The notes under the pieces are model-generated. The model was given only the letters and a program-made list of their open reading frames with translations, made no database searches and was not told where the DNA came from. From Hormiphora californensis (lineage: Eukaryota; Animalia; Ctenophora), in the NCBI GenBank assembly GCA_020137815.1, contig CM035352.1:8370001-8434000 (forward strand): a stretch of DNA of 64,000 bases, in the 5' to 3' direction. A program made the translations under genes and the position numbers. The first letter of the stretch is position 1. The number at the start of each line of letters is the position of its first letter. Below are positions 58,081 to 64,000 of the stretch, one piece after another.

Positions 58081-59434
58081 ATGTCAAATATATATCCTGG
58101 AGCGATATCAGAACCCTTGTTGGAAGCCAAAACTCACACTAAGAAACCACCAAACGCGTTCGTTTTGTACTGCAATGAAAACAGGGATTCGGTTAAGAAA
58201 CAGGTAGAACGACGGGGGACTAAAATACATGTTGATCTAGTCTCAAATTGATTGCCGGAGATTCTCTAGTTTCCTATCACCCATCACAGAAATTCTGTGC
58301 AGTTCATCTTCCATTTCTTCAGATCAGGGAGTCTCCACAGGGAATGTTTGATGCCAGGAATGAGATAACTCGGCAACTTGCCAAAGATTGGAATGCCCTC
58401 CCCCAGGAGGAACGAGAGGTAAACATCACAACTCTCCTATTTCTATTGCTGCAAATTCGTGTATAATTCCTCTCACTAAAATGTCTCATCCCTCTCAGAA
58501 ATATTTTGAGAAGTACGAGGAGGGGATCCGAGAGGAGCGAATAGTGGGAGACACTAGCGTGGTACGCACAAAAAAATGCGCGCCACACCGATTTCGTTTT
58601 TCAAAAAACACGCAAGAAAAAGTTTTTCAACATCGACTTTTCACGTTTTGGCTCATAACTCCTGTTCCTGATAAGATAAAGACTTCAAACCTTCACCATT
58701 CGATGGGGCTTACAATTCCCTTTCCAACGGTACCCAAACGATCTCATCAGGAACAGGCCAAAAACGTGACAAGCCAAAAATCGTGAAAATTTTTCAATAT
58801 CGACTTTTCATGTTTTGGCCCATAACTCCTGTTCCTGATGAGATAAAGACTTCAAACCGGCGCCATTCGATGGGCAATGAAATTCCCTTTCCAACGGTAC
58901 CCAAACAATTTCTGTAGCTCATCAGGAACCGGAGATATGATCGATTATGATAATAACCCTTGTAAGGGCCCTTTGGCATTATGATAAATGGCCATATCTC
59001 CGGTTCCTGATAAGCTACAGAGTTCGTTTGGGTACCGTTGGAAAGGGAATTGTAAGCCCCATCGAATGGTGAAGGTTTGAAGTCTTTATCTTATCAGGAA
59101 CAGGAGTTATGAGCCAAAACGTGAAAAGTCGATGTTGAAAAACTTTTCCTTGCGTGTTTTTTGAAAAACGAAATTGGTGTGGCGCGCATTTTTTGCGTGT
59201 ACCACGCTAGTGTCTCCCACTAGAAGAAGGAACCGACTAATGTTTGCTATGAGTGAAAGTGAATCAGAATTACTGCCAGACCAAGATCAACAGAATGACA
59301 ATAATAATCACCATCAGACACCCGCCCATAATTCTTTAGTAATCACCCGTTCGAGGGACATCACCCCTTCCATCACCTGTTTGCGAACGGCAGGGCGTCC
59401 ACATCATCAGGATTCCCTGGACCCTTTAAGATGA
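58081..59434 (+). CDS. Single HMG-box protein (SOX/TCF-like box); exons 58081-58203, 58323-58418, 58499-59434, the last interrupted by a MITE
   Basis: Spliced HTKKPPNAFVLYCNENRDSVKKQ|IRESPQGMFDARNEITRQLAKDWNALPQEERE|KYFEKYEEGIREER; the frame continues RRNRLMFAMS once the MITE is removed. Confidence 0.8.
58542..59222. mobile_element. Academ-like MITE (TAG...CTA termini, 3-bp TSD GAA, ~200-bp TIRs)
   Basis: GAA|TAGTGGGAGACACTAGCGTGGTAC ... GTACCACGCTAGTGTCTCCCACTA|GAA. Confidence 0.85.
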
Positions 59435-59967
59435 ACAGTAATAAGGGTTGATGATGTATCCGTTTGTTTATGTGGATTAATTCAAGACTCTAGACATGGT
59501 TCCCAAGAGTTGCCGCAAAAACTTGTCATATTGATACACAAACATTCAGATACATAACATTCACATTCACAAAGAGTGTTACGGTATTCTGGCTAAGAGT
59601 TTTATCAATTAAAAGTCCAGCTTTCGACCCAAAGTTTATTATTACATTAATATTTTAGTTTAACCGTTATCTTGTGCCATGCATTGCTAAGACAGCCCCG
59701 TAGATTCCAGATATTTCGAACTTTTTCCGGTTGTCAAAACTTTCTTTCAACGAAAAACATCTGTAAAAGTATCCAAATTATGCGCAACGATGAATTTGTA
59801 AGTTTAGAATCAAGAACGATCACCAAATGCCTGGATGAATAATTTGTCACTGTTAACTACGTTTTTGCTAGTTTTTTTAAAAATTGGATCGCTTTCTCGC
59901 TCTCTCTCTAGTCTCTGCCATAATTTCCGGAAGTCATCTAATTAATATACACTTTAATTAAGGAGCC

Positions 59968-61701
59968 ATGAAATCGGTCGTCACTTTAGGGAGGGCAAAC
60001 CACAGCCTGAAACCAGACCGAAATCTACTGAACTACAAATTCGAGCAATACAGATACTCCTCCAGTAAGTTTTGGAGAGCTTCCATCATCAAAATTCATC
60101 AAGTTTTCCAAGATACTAAATGATGAGAACGAATGTATTAACTCCTTTCATTTCAGGCTTATCACCCCGTGTCACACGACGGCCTCTGAAAAATTGTCCC
60201 TACCGGGTGAGTCAAGGAAGCGATATATCCTATCAGGCAACACGGTTGAGCTGCCTATTCAACCACATCTTAGTATCCCCGTCCGGGGAGCCTTTCTACC
60301 TATCTTCCACATTCTGAGGATCAAGTTAGCCTTTTTCACGCTGAAGATGACGCCACTCTGTGTACAGTTCCCTCTCACTGAAACCCCTCTGTGGAATATT
60401 ACACACCGGTGGCTGGATGAGAGAACTCTGCTATTGTTAATATCACGAACTCTCTACACACTATCTCTTGACAAGGATAGTGGTGCTACAATTCCATGCT
60501 GAACACGTCCTACCTCACCCATCTCTCCTGTTGTATGATTTCACACAAGATAGGGAGGTTTATCTGGTGATGACTCACAAGGAAGGTGACGGGTTTCCTC
60601 ACAATATTATCCGCTACTCCGATTACTCGGTAGTGTGTAATATCCCCCAAACTGGTATAGCTCGGTTTGTGGCAGTTAGGGAGGGGTATTTGAGTATAGT
60701 TGTTGAAGGAAAACTGAAATCTCTCCCACTTCCCTCCTACTTCTGAGGAACAAGATAAGGATGACTCTCCGCCAACACAACCAAAACCATACACCTGGAG
60801 CCAAGATTCGGAGACAATAGAAGTAGTTTTGGAAATCCCACGGGGACTTGAGAAGTCAGATCTTGTGGTTGATCCCACTCTGAATTCTTTGGAAGTTAGG
60901 ACACATGGTGGCCAGTGTCTCCTAGACATCCGATTATTTGGTCGTATAGAGCCTGAAAATACCACGTGGAGCTTTGCTGGATCTGGTAAGGTCGAGATAA
61001 CCCTGATGAAATATCAAGAAGCACACAACTGGGCGGCACTCGAGGAATCCCCCGGGTTTGATCACGCTGGCAACCTCATCAACTCAATATCAGACCTTAG
61101 TGCAGCGGAACTACAGACAATGAGAGACCGTCTGGCATCTCTCTCCCACCTGACGTCAGACCAACTTGACAGCACATCTCCCCTTTACACCCCTAGTAAA
61201 GACATGGAGGAGTGTGATGGTGTGGACGGTGAACCAGTCTTGGTACAAGGATACCAGTTTACCCCAGAGGAGGGAGGGGATGAGGTTCTAACACAGACCC
61301 ACCTAGTTGAACTATCCCCAGGGTGCCTTCTAACCACTGAGTCGGACAACTCCTTTCACTATCAGCCATAACGTGGATGCATGTGTGTATGAGGTAGGTG
61401 GATGGAGAGGGAGGTCCGTGGAGACATGTCAGAACCTGTAACGCACTAAACACTATACAGGCAACTAAGACCCAAAAGAAGTTTATTGTCTCCCCCCAGA
61501 GTGGACGATATACAGCGATTATTGATATTAGTAGGAACGTGTATTTGTACATGTGTACTGAGGGTGGTAATGAGGGGAATATGTCTATTGTTTCTATAGA
61601 GGGAGATGTGAGTGAGATTGTTGGAGTTTCAGCGAGAGAATCCTCTCTTTTATTACTCAGCTGAAGAGTCTTTTATCCGAATAGAAGTTTTAACCTTTTA
61701 A
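59968..61701 (+). CDS. NUDCD1: NudC domain-containing protein 1; two exons, with ~7 apparent +1 frameshifts in this sequence
   Basis: LKPDRNLLNYKFEQYR N-terminus, CS domain PYTWSQDSETIEV...TTWSF..VEITLMK..WAAL, MEECD, SHNVDACVY, WRHVRTCNALNTIQATKTQKKF. Confidence 0.82.
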
Positions 61702-62239
61702 TGGATTATATTTTTATTGAACGAGCCCGTTTGATTTTCCTGATTCCTGCAGCTGCACTGAACAACACCACACTAATGACTTCCCCGGTCCCCACCCCCT
61801 ACTGCCCCCCCCCTAATGATAGGGCGCAATGGCATCTCTCACGCTATACCAATACCAATTCCCCCTTAGACAATGACTCCCTGTTATTTCCTTTACCATC
61901 CCCCTCAACATCCTCCCCTTTACCACTTGCCAGCTGTTATACCCCTCACCTCATTTGCCCGTACTCCATTTCAAACTCATTTAGAAGGCATACACCTGTG
62001 TCGACCAACCAAGGCATTCATTCGGCAGCCTGGTTATTGAGCTTTTGCTAATGACAGGTGGTAGCTTTTATCAACACCATTAGTCTTTAGCTGGAATGCT
62101 GTGATTGTTGGCGTTCTCCTTTCCTATTTCCCAGCCCTGTTAACATGCATTAGAGGGTTAGCTAGCGCCAGGTGTCATTAGATTCCTCTTTAAATCCATC
62201 TCCGAGATCGCCCCCAGTCGAAACATTGCATCTTTGTGA

Positions 62240-62426
62240 ATGTTTCTTCTTTTCCTCTTTCTTGTATTTTTGGGACAATGTCATACTAAAGGAGTTAGGC
62301 CGGGCAGTGAACGTTTTGGGGATCCTCCTTCTTGGCGTGATTATGGCCCCTCTTCCTCCCCTTCCACTCACCCAACCTCATCGACTTCTTTTATAACCCC
62401 AACAACATCTCAACATGTTGTTCATG
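62240..62426 (+). CDS. Possible first exon encoding a signal peptide and Ser/Thr/Pro-rich stretch; gene assignment unknown
   Basis: MFLLFLFLVFLGQCHT... followed by a g|gtaaac donor. Confidence 0.35.
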
Positions 62427-62734
62427 GTAAACATTTCGGGGGGGGGGGGGGGCACAGTTTCCTGTTTCGCAGTAGCCCAGGTGTCGTGTATTCGTCTGTT
62501 TCTAAAGTCCATTTTCATTTCTCTATTCCACTTGATAGTAGCATCATAGTGATTCACTTTATCTATGTTGTAAAGCTAGTAACGTCTGCCATCACCCCTA
62601 TCTAACTCAGATATTACTTTTTTAATGGAACCACATCACGTCTTTATCTCCCAGCAAACCTCCCCTGCTATCCCTTCTCTAAATTCTAAGGACAGCTATA
62701 TAGTACTTTGTAACTGTCAGCTACCTCTCGCTCT

Positions 62735-63050
62735 CCCGCCTCTAGACTCGTGTACAATAACCCCCTCTCCCTGCCACTAGACTCGTGTACAATAACCCCC
62801 TCTCCCTGCCACTAGACCAATGTATAATAACCCCCTCTCCCCTGCCTCTAATAACCCCCTTTCCCTGCCTCTAATAACCCCCTTTCCCTGCCTCTAATAA
62901 CCCCTCTCCCTGCCTCTAGACTCCTGACTCATGTACAATACCCCCCTGCCTCTAATAACCCCTCCCCCTGCCTCTTATAACCCCCTCTCCCTGCCTCTAG
63001 TCTCATGTACAATAACCCCCTCTCCCTGCCTCTAGACTCATGTACAATAA
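62735..63050. repeat. Tandem repeat built from the intron/exon boundary of the kinase exon
   Basis: Repeated CCCTCTCCCTGCCTCTAGACTCRTGTACAATAAC units plus shorter CCTGCCTCTAATAACCC units. Confidence 0.85.
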
Positions 63051-64000
63051 CCTGCCCTGGACTCGAGATGACGAGAACAGAGGAAAATACACTGGAACCT
63101 TCGGAGAGGTACACGTGTGGAAGAGAATAAAAAACGGGAAACGGGAAATGGCGGTTGTAAAGATCCCGACCGTTCCCCAACACATTGAAAAACTGCACAA
63201 AGAACGGGACAAAATGCTCCGGATCAACCATCAGAACATAGTACAATGCCTTTCTCCGACTATATTCGGGGAGGATTTCAACCTGGATAAACAATACAAG
63301 AGTGGTATCCCCTGGAGGGATGTGTTGGTTATGGAGTTTTGCAATGCGGGTAATTTAAGGAAGGTTTTTAATGCTAATAAAGCACGGTGTGAGCATGGAG
63401 GAGAGTCTGAATATTTGTAGTGATTTGGGAGGGGCGCTACAATATCTCCACGAGACACACCACATTATACATAGGTGAGCGGTTGGGATGAACGGGGGGG
63501 GGGGTTCCTTCTTAATTCAGGTGTTCGGGTTGTACAGACGTTTGGTTTGGGGGGGGGGGGGGTGTCCCCCGTTTGTGTCGATTGTACCTTGAACTGCGCC
63601 CCGAAGTGGTACTGTTGTGTCCGTCTGTCTAACATTCTTTTCATTCTACAGGGATATGAAGCCAGAGAATATCTTCGTCTCCAAAACAACCAACCCATCT
63701 CGACCATTCCTTTACAAAGTTGGGGACTTGGGCGAAGTGACGGAGGTCATGAAATCAGATGGTCTCACTCACGTCTCTACCCTTCAGACCCACGGCACCT
63801 TCGCATACATGGCCCCTGAACAACTCCTATACGATCCTTATGACGGAACTATGAAGATGGGTGAAAGTACAGACTTGTGGGGTCTAGGAACGATCATATC
63901 TGAAGCGGTGTACGGGCTCCGTCCCTTTTTTCACGACCAAGGCCACCACATACACACAGACATTGCAACATACTGTAACAGCATTATAACAAAATCTGAT
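63036..64000 (+). CDS. IKK-family-like Ser/Thr kinase, partial (runs off the window); intron ~63474-63651; one +1 frameshift at ~63385
   Basis: GTFGEVHVW, VVK, MLRINHQNIV, VLVMEFCNAGNLRKVFN, LQYLH..IIHR|DMKPENI, YKVGDLG (DLG as in IKKalpha/beta), GTFAYMAPE, DLWGLG, GLRPF. Confidence 0.72.

Noticed and set aside
1-64000. tRNA, rRNA or other defined ncRNA genes; prokaryotic operons or defence systems
   Set aside because: None recognisable by eye and the gene structure is spliceosomal; a tRNAscan/Infernal run would be needed to exclude small RNAs.

Overview
This is eukaryotic (animal) genomic DNA, not prokaryotic: it has GT-AG introns, microsatellites and dense transposons. Short introns, nested intronic genes and the repeat style suggest a non-bilaterian marine invertebrate, possibly a ctenophore, but that is inference only. 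Host genes, in order: the 3' end of a coiled-coil gene, an ELOVL fatty-acid elongase with two duplicated alternative first exons, CYLD, an ADCK2-like ABC1 kinase with an antisense MATH-BTB gene in its last intron, WAVE/SCAR with a small secreted-protein gene in an intron, an HMG-box gene split by a MITE, NUDCD1, and an IKK-like kinase running off the window end. Mobile DNA includes (1) a non-autonomous Transib/RAG-like element whose ends read as a 12-spacer and a 22-spacer V(D)J recombination signal, (2) an intact CR1/L2-type LINE whose ORF1 fuses an AlkB dioxygenase to an SGNH esterase and whose ORF2 has a hydrophobic leader ending in a 2A-like NPGP, (3) a CRE-type RLE retroposon, (4) a very recent Gypsy LTR element nested in a second LINE, and (5) several MITE/foldback elements. 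A tandem duplication (~18.1-23.5 kb vs ~23.5-27.7 kb) and many single-base frameshifts suggest parts of the assembly are noisy or haplotype-duplicated. All exon models and motif matches were read by eye.
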